DNA of 64,000 bases from Chloroflexota bacterium (GCA_027623195.1 JAQBUT010000013.1:23062-87061); one strand, 5' to 3'; shown: positions 47,752 to 57,590, numbered from the stretch's first letter. Made by a program: numbers and translations. Notes: generated by a model from the sequence alone, not told the origin.

Positions 47752-48117
47752 TTAGCCTAACACGAACGTTAGGGCAACCAGTATCGCTACGACTATCGCG
47801 GATATGATTCCGATCTGCCTAAGCTCGCCACCCAGGTATCTGTATATCGGGGCCTCTGCTGCTTCGGCCACTCGTCGGCCGGATCGAGGCGCAGAGCGTT
47901 GCCTCGCGGCAGGGCGGGGCGTCGGTCGTGGCCGAGGAGAAGCTTCAACCACTGCGACGTCTTGTTGCACCTCATCGGATTCCGCTACCGCCGTATCAAC
48001 GAAAGACGCAGACCCGGTAGGGCCGGAATCCGTCTGCTGCGGGCCGGGCCTGTCGCGCCGTTTTTTATCCCTGAGTTTGGCCTGTCTGGATGCTGCTTTG
48101 TTTGATTTGCTTGGCAT
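47752..48117 (-). CDS. Hypothetical tail-anchored protein
   Basis: GGAGG RBS; basic/disordered N-terminus, single C-terminal TM. Confidence 0.65.
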   Translation of the reverse strand: MPSKSNKAASRQAKLRDKKRRDRPGPQQTDSGPTGSASFVDTAVAESDEVQQDVAVVEASPRPRPTPRPAARQRSAPRSGRRVAEAAEAPIYRYLGGELRQIGIISAIVVAILVALTFVLG

Positions 48118-48136
48118 AAAGGTATCCTCCTGATGG

Positions 48137-49039
48137 CTAACGCGCCCGAGGATGGGCTTTATCGTATTCGGATCTAACGTGTTCGCTAGTTAGGTGAGTA
48201 TATAGCTGCGTTGTTGTGATGCTGGCGTGCCCCAGCAGTTCTTGCACATGGCGGAGAGGCGCTCCGCCCCTTAAAAGATGCGTAGCGAAACTGTGGCGTA
48301 GCGTATGTGGGGTAATCTTCTTTTCGATGCCTGCGCGTTTGGCATGGCCTTTGAGAATCAGCCAAAACCCCTGGCGTGTTAGCCGCTCTCCGCGCCTGTT
48401 TAGGAACAGGGAACCACCGGAACGCGGGTTCGACATGCGGGGCCTGGCCTCGGCCAGATACTCTTTTAGCACGCTCACGGCGTTCTGATGGATTGGGATG
48501 ACTCGCTCTTTGGCTCCCTTGCCGAAGCATCGCACGGAACCTCGTTCGAGGTCCACATCGCTTATGTCCAGGGAGACCAGTTCCGTTACTCTCATCCCGC
48601 TGGCGTACAGAAGCTCCAACATACCCTGGTCTCGAGAGACATCGGGTGTGCTCCCTTTGGAAACGGAGGCTAAAAGCTCTACTACCTCGTCTACCGTCAG
48701 CGCCTCTGGTAAGGCTCTGCCGACCCTGGGAGAACTTAGATTCTCCGTTGGGTCCTTGGGTATCAGGCCCTCATCCAGCAGGTAGCCGAACAGAGACTTG
48801 GCCGACGCCACCTTTCGCGCTCGCGTTGTATCTGAGTAACCCTGGTCGTGGAGTCGAAGCAGGTACGCAGTCATGACCTCATCGTTTACGTTCGGCCAGC
48901 CAAAATCCTCGGCTGGATGAGTCGTTACCAGGTACTCTACCAACTGGTTGAGGTCGTTCTTGTAGGCGATACGCGTGTTGGGGGAGACGCCCCGCTCTAC
49001 TGTCATGTAGTCAAGGAAGAGCTTAACGCTTTCCTGCAT
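48137..49039 (-). CDS. xerD: Site-specific tyrosine recombinase XerD
   Basis: LYASGMRVTEL, GKGAKER, LTRQGFW, HTLRHSFATH, LGHAS..TTQLY. Confidence 0.93.
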   Translation of the reverse strand: MQESVKLFLDYMTVERGVSPNTRIAYKNDLNQLVEYLVTTHPAEDFGWPNVNDEVMTAYLLRLHDQGYSDTTRARKVASAKSLFGYLLDEGLIPKDPTENLSSPRVGRALPEALTVDEVVELLASVSKGSTPDVSRDQGMLELLYASGMRVTELVSLDISDVDLERGSVRCFGKGAKERVIPIHQNAVSVLKEYLAEARPRMSNPRSGGSLFLNRRGERLTRQGFWLILKGHAKRAGIEKKITPHTLRHSFATHLLRGGAPLRHVQELLGHASITTTQLYTHLTSEHVRSEYDKAHPRAR

Positions 49040-49118
49040 GTGTCGTCCTCTTTATGTGTCTTTTGCAGTTGACACCATATTAGCATAAGAGCGGGCTCGA
49101 TGCCCTCGATTTATTGGC

Positions 49119-49147
49119 TTGACACGGCTACTTCGCCCCGCTACCTT
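49119..49147 (+). promoter_or_regulatory. Promoter upstream of lgt leader
   Basis: TTGACA-17-TACCTT. Confidence 0.6.
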
Positions 49148-49150
49148 AAT

Positions 49151-49262
49151 GTGGCTTTCGACCGAATGCCAACGCCTGTACCGTAAAACAGCCAATGAGG
49201 GCTAAGAGCTTAACACAGGCGGTGGTGGGCCTTTAGGGTTCACAACGGAGAGAGCGTCCACA
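49151..49262 (+). ncRNA. Unassigned structured RNA / 5' leader of lgt
   Basis: Nested helices gctttc/gagagc, ccg/cgg, cgcctgt/acaggcg, gtgggcc/ggttcac, agcc/ggct starting near the predicted TSS. Confidence 0.45.
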
Positions 49263-49295
49263 GTTCTACACTAATCCTTTCATTGCGGTATTTAC

Positions 49296-50177
49296 ATGAT
49301 CGAAATAGAAGTAGGGCCCAATCTAATATCCGCCGGTTCTTTCCTGCTAAGTTGGCACGGTTTCTTCAGCTTCATAGCTGTTGCCACCGCCGTCTTCCTG
49401 GTAGGGAGGTGGGCGCCCATGAAGGGCATAGACCCGGATGATATTTACTCCATAGCTATCTGGGCCATTATCGGGGGCGTCATAGGCGCCAGAGTGGTGC
49501 ACGTAATAGACCAATGGGCCTATTATCAGGATAACCTCGTCCAGATACTGTTCATCTGGAGTGGCGGTATAGGCTTATGGGGAGGCATACTGGGTGGATT
49601 TATCGGAGGCACCAGTTACGCGCTGTGGGCCAAGCATCCCGTGGGCCTCATCGCCGACCTGACGGCTCCCGTTATGCTCCTGTCGCAGTCTATAGGCCGC
49701 CTGGGAGATATCGTCAATGGCGAGCATTGCGCCAAGGCCGCCAACGATTTCATCTTTGGTTTCAACTGGATTAACCCGATCAGCGATGCCAGGATCTGCT
49801 CAAACGGCATTGGCATTGCTGTGCAGCCCGTAATAGCCTACGAGATAATATGGAACTTGCTGGCCCTGGTGCTGGTCTGGAAGCTGAGAGGCAAGATACG
49901 ACCCGACGGCATGCTGTTCGCGCTGTACCTGGCCCTGTACTCTACCGGACGGTTCCTCATCACCTTCCTCAGAGAGGACAGAATATGGGCACTGGGTTTG
50001 CAAGAGGCCCAGTACATTGCCCTTCTGGTCCTGCTTATAACGGTTCCACTGCTCATCATTAAAGCTCGGCCCGGAGCGGCACTTCGATTGGCTGCAGACG
50101 GCACTCCTCTGGAGCCCCCAGCGTCAGTTGGACGCGGCACCAGGGCCCAACGCCGCCGGAGGCAGAGGGACCGCTAA
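49296..50177 (+). CDS. lgt: Prolipoprotein diacylglyceryl transferase (divergent)
   Basis: IGARVVHV, GG...WGGILGG, QSIGRLGDIVNGE, YE, Y..GRF. Confidence 0.88.
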   Translation: MIEIEVGPNLISAGSFLLSWHGFFSFIAVATAVFLVGRWAPMKGIDPDDIYSIAIWAIIGGVIGARVVHVIDQWAYYQDNLVQILFIWSGGIGLWGGILGGFIGGTSYALWAKHPVGLIADLTAPVMLLSQSIGRLGDIVNGEHCAKAANDFIFGFNWINPISDARICSNGIGIAVQPVIAYEIIWNLLALVLVWKLRGKIRPDGMLFALYLALYSTGRFLITFLREDRIWALGLQEAQYIALLVLLITVPLLIIKARPGAALRLAADGTPLEPPASVGRGTRAQRRRRQRDR

Positions 50178-50224
50178 ACTGGCGAGTTCGGTACCTAAAA
50201 TACAGTATTTTCGCAATCAAACAG

Positions 50225-50258
50225 GCGCCCTCTACCAAAATGGAGGGCGCTTTTGTTT
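50225..50258 (+). terminator. Rho-independent terminator
   Basis: gcgccctc/gagggcgc followed by ttttgttt. Confidence 0.8.
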
Positions 50259-50278
50259 ATCCGAGTAAAATGCTAATA

Positions 50279-50298
50279 TTTCAGTCTATTGACTGAAA
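50279..50298. promoter_or_regulatory. Palindromic operator TTTCAGTC-TATT-GACTGAAA
   Basis: Perfect 8-bp arms overlapping a TTGACT -35-like hexamer. Confidence 0.55.
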
Positions 50299-50345
50299 AT
50301 CGCAACTGAAATTAAACGTTAAAATACGCTGAAGTGAGGTGAAAG

Positions 50346-51386
50346 GTGGCAATTGGATGGGGTCTGATAAGTCTGGGAAGACACAGCGACATTAAGATCG
50401 CTCCCGCCATGAATCAGGCGGCCGAAACACGTTTCGTGGCGGCCTACAGTCGAGACCTGGCAACCGCTGAGGCCTTCGCTGAAAAGCATGGCGCCGACTC
50501 GGCATATGATTCGCTGGACGGCATTCTGTCAGATTCGAACGTAGATGCCGTATTCATTGCCTCGCCCAACTTCATGCACGCCGAGCACACAATAGCGGCC
50601 GCCAGAGCAGGGAAGCACGTTCTGGTGGAAAAGCCTATGGCTACTGGCGTCTCTGACGCGTTAAATATGGTCACCGAATGCGACAAGCGCGGGGTTAAAC
50701 TCGGCGTGGGCTTTCATCTGAGGTTCCATCCGGGGCATATTAAGGCCAAGGAGTTGCTGGACCTGCAGGCGTTGGGCGCGGTCTCCCTGGTGCAAGGGCA
50801 GTGGTGCCTTGGGCAGCGAGGCGTTGTGAACCCTCCCGCTCGCACTGGCCGTTCGCAGTGGTGGGGCGACCCTCAGATGATTGGGGGCGCGTCCACTCTT
50901 ATGGGAACAGGCGTGCACGTCATAGATATCCTGCAGCACATGACTGGCCAGTATATTGCCGAGGTGGCAGCGTTGACGGACGGTCAGACAGAAGAGAGCC
51001 CTTTGGAGCAAGCAGCGTCCATAGCTATACGCTTTGAGGACGGCACGATGGGTTCCATAACCGTAGGACGCCGTGTGCCGGAGTCCGAGAACGACGCCAT
51101 GATCTACGGCAGCCACGGACGAATCGCCTTGCGCGGTACCCTGTGGGAGGCCTGCACAGGCAGCCTTGAGGTGGATACTGAGACCATTCAGACCTCTGAG
51201 TCCTACGACGACGGCCTGCAGGCGCTGTACAAGTTACAGATAGAGGCCTTCAACAGGGCGGTGCAAAGCGATGAGGAGTTTCGAGCGTCGGGCGTGGATG
51301 GGCTGCGCGTGGTGGAGGTTACATCTGCCATCATTGAGTCTGCTGCCACGGGGCGCGCCGTGAAGGTGGAGAGGGCGGTGCTCTAA
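50346..51386 (+). CDS. Gfo/Idh/MocA oxidoreductase
   Basis: VDAVFIASPN..H, GKHVLVEKP, GFHLRFHP, GVHVID. Confidence 0.9.
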   Translation: MAIGWGLISLGRHSDIKIAPAMNQAAETRFVAAYSRDLATAEAFAEKHGADSAYDSLDGILSDSNVDAVFIASPNFMHAEHTIAAARAGKHVLVEKPMATGVSDALNMVTECDKRGVKLGVGFHLRFHPGHIKAKELLDLQALGAVSLVQGQWCLGQRGVVNPPARTGRSQWWGDPQMIGGASTLMGTGVHVIDILQHMTGQYIAEVAALTDGQTEESPLEQAASIAIRFEDGTMGSITVGRRVPESENDAMIYGSHGRIALRGTLWEACTGSLEVDTETIQTSESYDDGLQALYKLQIEAFNRAVQSDEEFRASGVDGLRVVEVTSAIIESAATGRAVKVERAVL

Positions 51387-51393
51387 TACGGGG

Positions 51394-53082
51394 CTAACGG
51401 GAGGGGCGGAAATCCATAACCGTAAGCTGTACTTTGGGCTGGTAACCCCAGGTGTCCAGGCCCACTGTGTATACGAGGTCCACGCCGCGTTGTGTCTCAT
51501 GAATCTTATCGCCCTGGCGGAAAGCTATCGCTCCAAAGGCAGCGCCGTCATCCCACACTCGCATCTTCAGGTGGCGGCCTTCGCTTCCCACTTGCCGCGA
51601 TTCCACCACCCGGACGTTTCGCGTCATGAATATGGGGGCTCGGTTGGCTTCACCGAATGGGGCCAGTGACTGAATAAAGTCAAAGTTTTCCCTGGTGAAC
51701 ATGGAAAGGGGAACCTTGCAATCAATGTCGATCGCAGGCGACAGCTCAACATCGCGCAACTTCTCTGCAGCTACGGCATAGAGCTTCTCTTCCAGGACGG
51801 GCAGGGAGGACGTTGGTATCGTGAAGCCAGCAGCCTGGTGGTGGCCTCCTGACTTGATGTAAAGCTCCTGTCCCTCACGAATGGCCTCAATGATATTGAA
51901 CTCTGGAATGCTGCGGGCGCTGGCTCGGCTCAACTCGCCAGCTGTGGAGATCGCGATAGCCGGCCTGTAGTACTGCTCTGCCAATCTTCCCGCGATGAGC
52001 CCTAGAATTCCCGGTATCCAATCATCACTTTTGACTATCAGGATAGACGGAAGGCCTCGGCCGCTCATCTGGGCCTCCAATTGCTCGTTCGCCGCCTGCA
52101 TACCCTGCTCCGTGAGTGTTTGTCGTTCAGAATTTTTGTGTTCAAGTTGGGTTGCCAATTCGTGAGCGCGCGCCGAGTCAGTCGCCGTGAGTAGCTCGAG
52201 GCTTAAACCGGCATTTCCCAGCCTTCCAGCGACGTTGAGACGGGGGATTAAGCCGAAGGACAAGGACTCCGTGTCCAATGAACCAAACTTCAGTCTGGCA
52301 CTCTCGGCTAATGCCCGTATACCTATGTTTTGTGTTTTGTTTAGCTCTTCAAGTCCCCTTTTTACGAAGAATCTGTTCTCGCCGGTCAGCGGACCGACAT
52401 CAGCCACCGTTCCCAGGGCCACAAGTCCCAACAAATGCTCTGGCCAGGGCAGTCCCATGTCGTCATACAATGCCTCGACGAGCTTGAAGGCCATGCCGAC
52501 TCCCGTCAGCCCAAGGAATGGGTATGTGGAGTCCGGATGATTGGGATTGAGAATGGCACACGCCGCCGGCAGGGTAGGTAGCATAGTGTGGTGGTCCGTA
52601 ATTATTGTCTCGATACCTAAAGTTGCCGCCAGGTCCACCTCTGAAATGGAGGTGGTGCCGCAGTCCACTGTTATCATCAGCGAGACGCCCTGTTCCTTCA
52701 GGTAGTGGACGGCATCCGGATTGAGCCCATGCCCCTCATCCACGCGATGAGGCAGGTAAGGGACTACTGAGCCGCCGATATCCCGTAGCGCATTTATCAG
52801 TAGTGCGGTACCGGTTATTCCGTCCGCGTCAAAGTCTCCGAAAAGACCTATGAGTTCCCCGGACTCCACGGCTCTCCGCAGCCGCATTACGGCCACGTTC
52901 ATGCCCGGAAATAACATGGGATCGTACGTTATGCCACGTTCGGCGTTTAGGTAGGGTGCGAGATCCGCGCGGGCCTTTACGCCACGGCTGTACAACAGGT
53001 GGGAGTGGAAGGATGAGAGGCCCAGTTCTTGCGAGAAGCCTGCGGGCGGGGCTTCTGTCATACGCCACTTTTTAGAAATCAT
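51394..53082 (-). CDS. recJ: ssDNA exonuclease RecJ
   Basis: GDFDADG, TVDCG, TDHH, GTVADV, PRLNVAGRL, GGHHQAAG. Confidence 0.96.
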   Translation of the reverse strand: MISKKWRMTEAPPAGFSQELGLSSFHSHLLYSRGVKARADLAPYLNAERGITYDPMLFPGMNVAVMRLRRAVESGELIGLFGDFDADGITGTALLINALRDIGGSVVPYLPHRVDEGHGLNPDAVHYLKEQGVSLMITVDCGTTSISEVDLAATLGIETIITDHHTMLPTLPAACAILNPNHPDSTYPFLGLTGVGMAFKLVEALYDDMGLPWPEHLLGLVALGTVADVGPLTGENRFFVKRGLEELNKTQNIGIRALAESARLKFGSLDTESLSFGLIPRLNVAGRLGNAGLSLELLTATDSARAHELATQLEHKNSERQTLTEQGMQAANEQLEAQMSGRGLPSILIVKSDDWIPGILGLIAGRLAEQYYRPAIAISTAGELSRASARSIPEFNIIEAIREGQELYIKSGGHHQAAGFTIPTSSLPVLEEKLYAVAAEKLRDVELSPAIDIDCKVPLSMFTRENFDFIQSLAPFGEANRAPIFMTRNVRVVESRQVGSEGRHLKMRVWDDGAAFGAIAFRQGDKIHETQRGVDLVYTVGLDTWGYQPKVQLTVMDFRPSR

Positions 53083-53181
53083 AAGTCATCCATGGCCGCT
53101 AGCCTGGGTATGTGGCCAATTAGACGGCCGCTTCAAATACTGGTGCCCTGGGTGGTGGCTGGCTGTCAGATAGGAGCGAAA

Positions 53182-54423
53182 TTACTCGATAAAAGCCTGG
53201 TAGACCAGAGAGGCGTTGTGGCCCCCGAATCCGAAGGAATTGGTCATGGCGGCCCTTACCGTCCCTTGGCGGGCGACATTGGGCGTGTAATCCAGATCGC
53301 AATCAGGGTCTGCGTTGTCCAGATTAATCGTGGGGGGAATTGCTGATTTGGCTATGGCCATAACCGATATGGCCGACTCTAACGCCCCGCTGGCTCCAAG
53401 TAAATGCCCAGTCATGGACTTGGTGGAGCTAATGGGGATGCTGTACGCCCTTTCGCTGAACACGCCCTTCATGGCCATGGTCTCATACTTGTCGTTCAGT
53501 GGGGTAGAGGTGCCGTGGGCATTTATGTAGCTGATCTCTTCCGGTTGGAGGCCAGCCTTTTTTAGGGCAATTCGCATGGCCCGTGACGCGCCCTCACCTT
53601 CGGGAGCGGGCTGCGTAATGTGATTGGCGTCAGCGGTGGTTCCGTAACCTACCAGTTCGGCAATGGGCTTCGCGCCTCTACTTATCGCGTGGTCCATCGT
53701 CTCCAACACTAGCACAGCGGCCCCCTCGCCCAGGACGAATCCGTCTCTGTCCACGTCGAAGGGCCTGGAGGCGGCCTTCGGATCATCGTTGCGGGTTGAT
53801 AGAGCCATGCAGGCGTTGAAACCGGCCACCCCGATTGGGCATATGGCTGCTTCGGCGCCACCGGCAAAGACGACGTCAGCGTCGCCTTGCTGTAGCACCT
53901 CAAAGGCCTGGCCGATGGCATCGGCTCCGCTTGAGCATGCTGATACGGTCGAGTAATTGGGGCCTTTTGCCCCCAGCATTATGGATACTTGTCCTGATGC
54001 CATATCCGGGAGCATCATGGGCACCAGGAACGGGCTGACGCGCGACGGACCGCGTTCGTTCAGCACCCCTATCTGCTCAGACAGGGTCATGATGCCGCCT
54101 ATGCCGCTGGAAATCATCACCGATATGCGTGTGCTGTTCTCAGGAACGATCTTCATGTCCGAATGCTCGACAGCCTCGATGGTTGCTGCTGCGGCCAACT
54201 GCACGAAGCGGTCCATACGACGGGCCTGCTTCTTGCCGACGTAGGTTTCAGGGTCGAAGCCCTTTACCTCGGCGGCGATGGTGGTCTGAAAGCCCTCGGT
54301 ATCGAACGAGGTTATACGACCAATTCCCGATTCGCCCGCCATCAATGCGTTCCAGGTGGATTTTCTGTCCAGTCCCAGGGGGCTTACGACACCGATGCCG
54401 GTCACTACCACACGATTTTTCAT
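53182..54423 (-). CDS. fabF: Beta-ketoacyl-ACP synthase II
   Basis: SACSSG, NAHGTST, KSMTGHLLGA, NSFGFGGHN. Confidence 0.96.
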   Translation of the reverse strand: MKNRVVVTGIGVVSPLGLDRKSTWNALMAGESGIGRITSFDTEGFQTTIAAEVKGFDPETYVGKKQARRMDRFVQLAAAATIEAVEHSDMKIVPENSTRISVMISSGIGGIMTLSEQIGVLNERGPSRVSPFLVPMMLPDMASGQVSIMLGAKGPNYSTVSACSSGADAIGQAFEVLQQGDADVVFAGGAEAAICPIGVAGFNACMALSTRNDDPKAASRPFDVDRDGFVLGEGAAVLVLETMDHAISRGAKPIAELVGYGTTADANHITQPAPEGEGASRAMRIALKKAGLQPEEISYINAHGTSTPLNDKYETMAMKGVFSERAYSIPISSTKSMTGHLLGASGALESAISVMAIAKSAIPPTINLDNADPDCDLDYTPNVARQGTVRAAMTNSFGFGGHNASLVYQAFIE

Positions 54424-54526
54424 GATAAAAAGTACTCCATGATTTCCCCATCATGTTGGGTGGGGCATACGGCGGCACATAATAGGGCAAGATGCCGCCA
54501 ATCAAAAATGGCTAATAATCTGCCGC

Positions 54527-54535
54527 ATTATATCA
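54527..54535 (-). promoter_or_regulatory. Extended -10 promoter for fabF
   Basis: TGaTATAAT on the minus strand about 100 nt upstream of fabF. Confidence 0.5.
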
Positions 54536-55009
54536 AGGCAACGCGCCCAAGAATACTAGAAATAAGCCAAACTTTTTCTGAAACGGTCCTTCTCCTGGTC
54601 ATTGGGGCAAACAATTACAAATGGATAGCATAACAAAACGTAAAAAGACCGTAAGCCCTTGGACAAGGGATCCGAAGTTCTAGCTCCCTAGCGATTTTTT
54701 CACTTTTTCACGTACGCGCGGCCAGGTCGTTATACCTAAACTAAACATGAAAAAACGTGTTGATTGGAGCGTTTCATGGAGTTGTGGACGGCTTGGCAAA
54801 GGCGTAAAGGTAGATTGGACATCTCGGTCGTGTTCGCGATTTGGCTCTTGATGGCGTTTGGTCTGAAAATTAGACATAATCAAGAAAATAGTGGAAGTTT
54901 TGCGGCCGGTTTGGTTCGCCTATTTGATCGTGCTGGATGTGTTTCGACACGCCGAAAACGCGCCTTATTCAAAGCATCTCAATTTGGGGATAGGGTCGCT
55001 GAAGAGTAC

Positions 55010-55489
55010 CTAGTAGGTCGCTTCCGCAACGTAGACTTCTGTAAACGCGTCCTTCAATGCAGACTCAGAGACGGGGAATCGCACAGACCGCGTCGCCTGG
55101 GAGGTATGCCCGCTGGTCAAGACTTCGAAAATGCCAGTAGAGGCGTCAATGGCCAGGTTGAGCGATATTGCTTTGCCGTCGGCCCACGTCAGTGACCACG
55201 CGCACTCGAAGAACAGAGCATCATCCGCTAGGAGGGAAGGGCGAACGTCTGCGCCTCGGGTCGTGTCCATCTCCCCGCTGCCTTCGATGAGGTGGGTGTT
55301 CACGTCTTCCAGCAACGAGCAGACCATCTGGTCCAACTCGTCCGCCTCCACCCACAGGAGTCTCAATTGGCTTGCGTGGGACTCGTTAACCGGCAACTGG
55401 TCACCGACACGGTTAATGAAGTCCAGGGCCTCATGATGGTATCCAACAAGTTTTTTGGCCCGGTCCAGCCAGAAGCCTGGTTCAGCCAT
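55010..55489 (-). CDS. Hypothetical protein coupled to the cyclase gene
   Basis: 159-aa ORF; start overlaps cyclase stop; GAGG RBS. Confidence 0.65.
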   Translation of the reverse strand: MAEPGFWLDRAKKLVGYHHEALDFINRVGDQLPVNESHASQLRLLWVEADELDQMVCSLLEDVNTHLIEGSGEMDTTRGADVRPSLLADDALFFECAWSLTWADGKAISLNLAIDASTGIFEVLTSGHTSQATRSVRFPVSESALKDAFTEVYVAEATY

Positions 55490-56108
55490 GAGAAACCTCG
55501 TCCATTAAGTCTGCAGTCGATTCCATGAGCACCGCCCTGGCAGGGGAGCCATCGCACCCCGCTATCCTCAAGGGCAGACAGGCGAGTATGTAATGGCCAG
55601 GCTCGATGGTATCCAGAGCCAGGTTTTCTACAATTACGACCTCTGCCGCCAGTAACGCGCGATGTACTGGAAGATCTGAAGAGGCCGGAGCGTCCACGGA
55701 TGGGGAATCGATTCCCACCAGCCTGATGCCCTTTTCTATGAGGCAGCGCCCGGCATCCAGCGTCAGGTAGCCTTTGGACTGTTTTGTGCGGAGAAGCAGC
55801 CGCGTCGTTCCAGCCGGCACCTCTAAGCCCTCCAGGTGTTGATTTGATATCTCCATATCTGTATTTACCCACGCCACGTGGCATGGGCCCAGCAAGACGT
55901 CAATCGCGACATAATCAACCGTGGCCCCACCGGGCAGAAGGTGGCTCGGGGCGTCCACATGTGTTCCGGTGTGCGACCCCATGGCTATATTCGTGAGCGT
56001 GTAGGGTGCGCCGTCGGAAACATCCATCACCTTGTCGACCGTCACCTTAGGGTCCCCAGGGTGGACCGCCATGGACTCTGTTATGGGTATTGAGATGTCA
56101 TATATCAT
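55482..56108 (-). CDS. Cyclase family / kynurenine formamidase-like metallohydrolase
   Basis: HTGTHVDAPSH, GIDSPSVD, HRALL, ENL, DGSPARA. Confidence 0.9.
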   Translation of the reverse strand: MIYDISIPITESMAVHPGDPKVTVDKVMDVSDGAPYTLTNIAMGSHTGTHVDAPSHLLPGGATVDYVAIDVLLGPCHVAWVNTDMEISNQHLEGLEVPAGTTRLLLRTKQSKGYLTLDAGRCLIEKGIRLVGIDSPSVDAPASSDLPVHRALLAAEVVIVENLALDTIEPGHYILACLPLRIAGCDGSPARAVLMESTADLMDEVSHG

Positions 56109-56147
56109 TTGGGGTATTCACGCTGTCGTTGGCTGCTATCATTCTCG

Positions 56148-56177
56148 TTGACGCCCTCTTCCAAGGGTTCCTATAAT
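56148..56177 (+). promoter_or_regulatory. Promoter for mtaB
   Basis: TTGACG-18-TATAAT. Confidence 0.6.
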
Positions 56178-56204
56178 ACCATCCAAGAAACTGTGAAGGC
56201 GAGT

Positions 56205-57539
56205 ATGACCATGTCCACAGACGGAAATGCCGCGCCCACGGTGGCAATAGAAACCCATGGCTGCAAGCTGAACCAGGCCGACACGTTGAAGCTTTCGAGG
56301 ACGTTCGCCGAGGCAGGGTTTCGTCACGTGGACACGGGAGAGCCTGTAGACGTTTACGTGGTCAATAGCTGCACAGTGACCCATGTTGCGGACGGCAAGG
56401 CCAGGCACGCCCTGAGGGCGGCTCGCCGTCGTAACCCCAACGCCACCATTGTTGCCACGGGCTGCTATGCCCAGCGCTCCCCCGAGGAGCTTCGTGATCT
56501 GGAGGAGATAGACCTGGTAATTGGCAATGCCGAAAAGTCCACGCTGGTAAGGCAGGTCGTCGAGTGGATGGGGCTGCCCGATGATATTCGACCCATAGGG
56601 GACGAACTAAAGCATACTCCAGCGTCAGTTTCTCGCACCCGAGCCATGGTGAAGATCCAGGAGGGTTGCGACCAGGTCTGTGCGTACTGCATTGTGCCTA
56701 AGGTTCGAGGCAGAGAGCGCAGCATTCCCGTAGATCAGGTCGTCGAGGAGGTCGCCTGCCGAGTGGCTGAGGGGTACAAGGAAGTTGTACTCACGGGGAC
56801 TCAACTGGGCACCTATGGCTTTGAATGGCCTAATACCAGTCTTCGTGGGTTAATTCAAAGTGTCCTATCCGAGACAGCGGCTCCGCGACTGCGGGTTTCA
56901 TCTCTGCAACCTCAGGAAGTAGACGAAGATCTGCTGGAGTGCTGGTCGGATAAGAGGCTGTGCCCGCATTTTCATCTTCCGCTGCAGAGTGGAAGCGATG
57001 CCGTCCTGAAATCCATGAGGCGCAGGTATACCTCTAAGGAATACGCGGATGCTATACGGCTGATTCGAGACAGAGTGCCAGGAGCTTCGATTACGGCGGA
57101 CGTAATCGTAGGATTTCCTGGAGAGACAGATGAGGATTTTCAGCGCACGTACGAGCTGTGCGACAGCATCGAATTTGCCGATATGCACGTTTTCCCGTAC
57201 TCCATTCGACCGGGGACTACCGGCGCCCATCTATCGGGCCAGCTTTTATCCGACGTAAAGACGTTGCGAGTGCGCAGACTACTGGGATTGGCCCAAAAAC
57301 AGTCGCTTGATTTTAGACGCGGCGTGATTGGTGAAACGCGTTTCGTATTATGGGAGTTGAACCCGGTGGGAGAACCCGACTCCGATGAGGGTCTGCGGTG
57401 GTCCGGACTAACGGAGGACTACGTTAGGGTAGCAGCGGCAGGGGAGACAGGCCTGGGGAATCGGATCACTCCGGTCCGGCTCATGTCTGTAGATGAGACC
57501 GGCGTGTTGGCTGAATTGATAAATCTCGCATCGCATTGA
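56205..57539 (+). CDS. mtaB: tRNA t6A37 methylthiotransferase MtaB (radical SAM)
   Basis: GCKLN, NSCTVT, TGCYAQ, KIQEGCDQVCAYC, HVFPYS.RPGT. Confidence 0.88.
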   Translation: MTMSTDGNAAPTVAIETHGCKLNQADTLKLSRTFAEAGFRHVDTGEPVDVYVVNSCTVTHVADGKARHALRAARRRNPNATIVATGCYAQRSPEELRDLEEIDLVIGNAEKSTLVRQVVEWMGLPDDIRPIGDELKHTPASVSRTRAMVKIQEGCDQVCAYCIVPKVRGRERSIPVDQVVEEVACRVAEGYKEVVLTGTQLGTYGFEWPNTSLRGLIQSVLSETAAPRLRVSSLQPQEVDEDLLECWSDKRLCPHFHLPLQSGSDAVLKSMRRRYTSKEYADAIRLIRDRVPGASITADVIVGFPGETDEDFQRTYELCDSIEFADMHVFPYSIRPGTTGAHLSGQLLSDVKTLRVRRLLGLAQKQSLDFRRGVIGETRFVLWELNPVGEPDSDEGLRWSGLTEDYVRVAAAGETGLGNRITPVRLMSVDETGVLAELINLASH

Positions 57540-57556
57540 CCAGGCCGGGCAAAGAC

Positions 57557-57590
57557 AAAAAATTAGGGCCTGGGTGAAACCCAGGCCCTT
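57557..57590. terminator. Terminator between convergent genes
   Basis: A6 followed by 11-bp stem agggcctgggt/acccaggccct. Confidence 0.8.

Noticed and set aside
48137..49039. Tyrosine recombinase as an island integrase
   Set aside because: It has XerD signatures (LTRQGFW), a housekeeping context and no att sites or cargo.
54764..55195. 143-aa plus-strand ORF
   Set aside because: It overlaps the better-supported minus-strand gene 55010-55489, and has no RBS or motif.
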